DNA from: Octopus vulgaris
Lineage: Eukaryota
Direction of reading: 5' to 3'
DNA: 64,000 nt
NCBI GenBank assembly: GCA_951406725.2
Contig: OX597822.1
Coordinates: 114,328,001-114,392,000, forward strand
Below the pieces are notes generated by a model. The model saw only the letters and a list, made by a program, of their open reading frames with translations. It ran no database searches and was not told where the DNA came from. The position numbers and the translations under genes were made by a program. Below, in pieces: positions 1 to 64,000 of the stretch. Each line of letters opens with the position of its first letter. Within the stretch, counting starts at the first letter, position 1.

Positions 1-16
1 AGAGAACTCACATGTA

Positions 17-107
17 TTTTAGCTGATGAGTACGGGACACGTTTATATGCTGTAATTTTTGCAACTTTTAATAAAACCTGTCCTTGTATGAAACGATTGT
101 ACTAAAA
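17..107 (+). ncRNA. Type I hammerhead ribozyme motif
   Basis: Stem I UUUUAG(17-22)/CUAAAA(102-107), CUGAUGA 23-29, stem II GUACGGGACA/UGUCCUUGUAU, GAAA 90-93, stem III AC-GAUU-GU, GUA triplet 99-101. Confidence 0.75.
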
Positions 108-137
108 ACCTATCCATTCTTGTTGCTTCATTCTCGC

Positions 138-173
<36 letters not shown>

Positions 174-238
174 ACACACACGCACATACATATATATATA
201 TATGCGCATATTTATATATATACACACACATATATATA

Positions 239-326
<88 letters not shown>

Positions 327-653
327 CATATGTTATCTTTGCTGATTTCCATATTAGAGCAATGATTCTGAATTCACTCATAATGACTAAGGAAGCTAAA
401 TCAGTCCAAAACACCGGTGTCTTATAATTCCGTTTTGTCATTTGCTTTGAACACACTCAATCTCTTAGCAGAAGTTTCGCCGAGGCCAAATTCAAAACGT
501 CAGCTGTTCTGCGTTTGTATATACATCCTAAATGGTATACACATACGCATATATTTACATGTGTATATATGTATGTATACATAGCCATTTGTAGATGTGG
601 TATATTAGTATTGTTATCAAGGAGAAAGACAGATTTCAGTTTTGGTTCCATAC

Positions 654-63358
<62,705 letters not shown>

Positions 63359-63963
63359 CTAGAACATAAAATTGAGTCAAGATGAAACTTTATGGAACAG
63401 GTTTTTGGAAGTATATAACATATTTCGAGTAAGGAAATAAACTATGGAAATCACGAAGAGTTGATTACGGTTCTGTTGAAATTGATAATGATGATGATGT
63501 TCAAGTGGGTGCATCTAACTGCGGTTGTCTATGGTAATGAACAAAGTTGATGATGAACCTGACAATGTTGACGGCTGAGAGAAATAATAGTGTTGGAGAG
63601 AATAGTCTCGGTAACTATGATGGGAACGAAGAACGTTTCGGGGACCACTACCCTGGGATGATCATCAAGCAAGCAAGCAAGCGTGTGTTTGTGCACGCAC
63701 GTGTGTATGTAAGCATGTGTGTATGTATGTGTTTCTGTAAGCGTGTGTGTGTTAACTCAATAGTTGAACAAGAAAAGCGAAGAATATTACATCTTCATAA
63801 TTTATTTGTTGAAGCATTTTCTTCATATTACATTCATTGGTTAATCAGCCCAAGATTTCCTCAGGATGCCAAAATGTATCTGCTCGGATTTCAAATCCCT
63901 ATTCCATTACGTTACATATGTGTGTGGGGGGTGTATATATATGTATGTATATGCATATGTATA

Positions 63964-64000
63964 TACGAGGGGATACACAAAAGTAACCGTAAATGTTCTC
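63964..64000 (+). mobile_element. Probable mariner TIR at window edge
   Basis: TA-CGAGGGGATACACAAAAGTAACCG resembles mariner TIR starts. Confidence 0.45.

Overview
Repeat-rich, AT-rich eukaryotic genomic DNA, most likely from an octopod cephalopod; this is inferred from the microsatellite load and the SINE, LINE and mariner content, not proven. Almost the whole window (654-63358) lies inside one minus-strand gene. I reconstructed 15 GT-AG exons by hand; their phases all match and they join into a stop-free 623-codon ectodomain: 4 x LRR - LRRCT - 12-Cys Ly6/uPAR (three-finger) domain - SEA-like domain - HormR - GAIN. This is an adhesion GPCR whose 5' end and GPS/7TM lie outside the window. The 72-nt LRR exons sit in tandemly duplicated exon+intron cassettes (46.8-63.6 kb): three intact, one pseudoexon and two empty. 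The introns carry a near-full-length CR1-group LINE and further copies of it, two RLE-type LINEs, a Tx1/L1-like LINE, a Gypsy fragment, mariner and maT relics, Helitrons, a foldback element and many SINEs. Seven type I hammerhead ribozyme motifs of the Penelope-like/retrozyme kind also occur in the window. Each points towards an adjacent (TA)n tract, and two of them form a 231-bp-arm near-perfect palindrome. Most ORFs in the supplied track are microsatellite artefacts.
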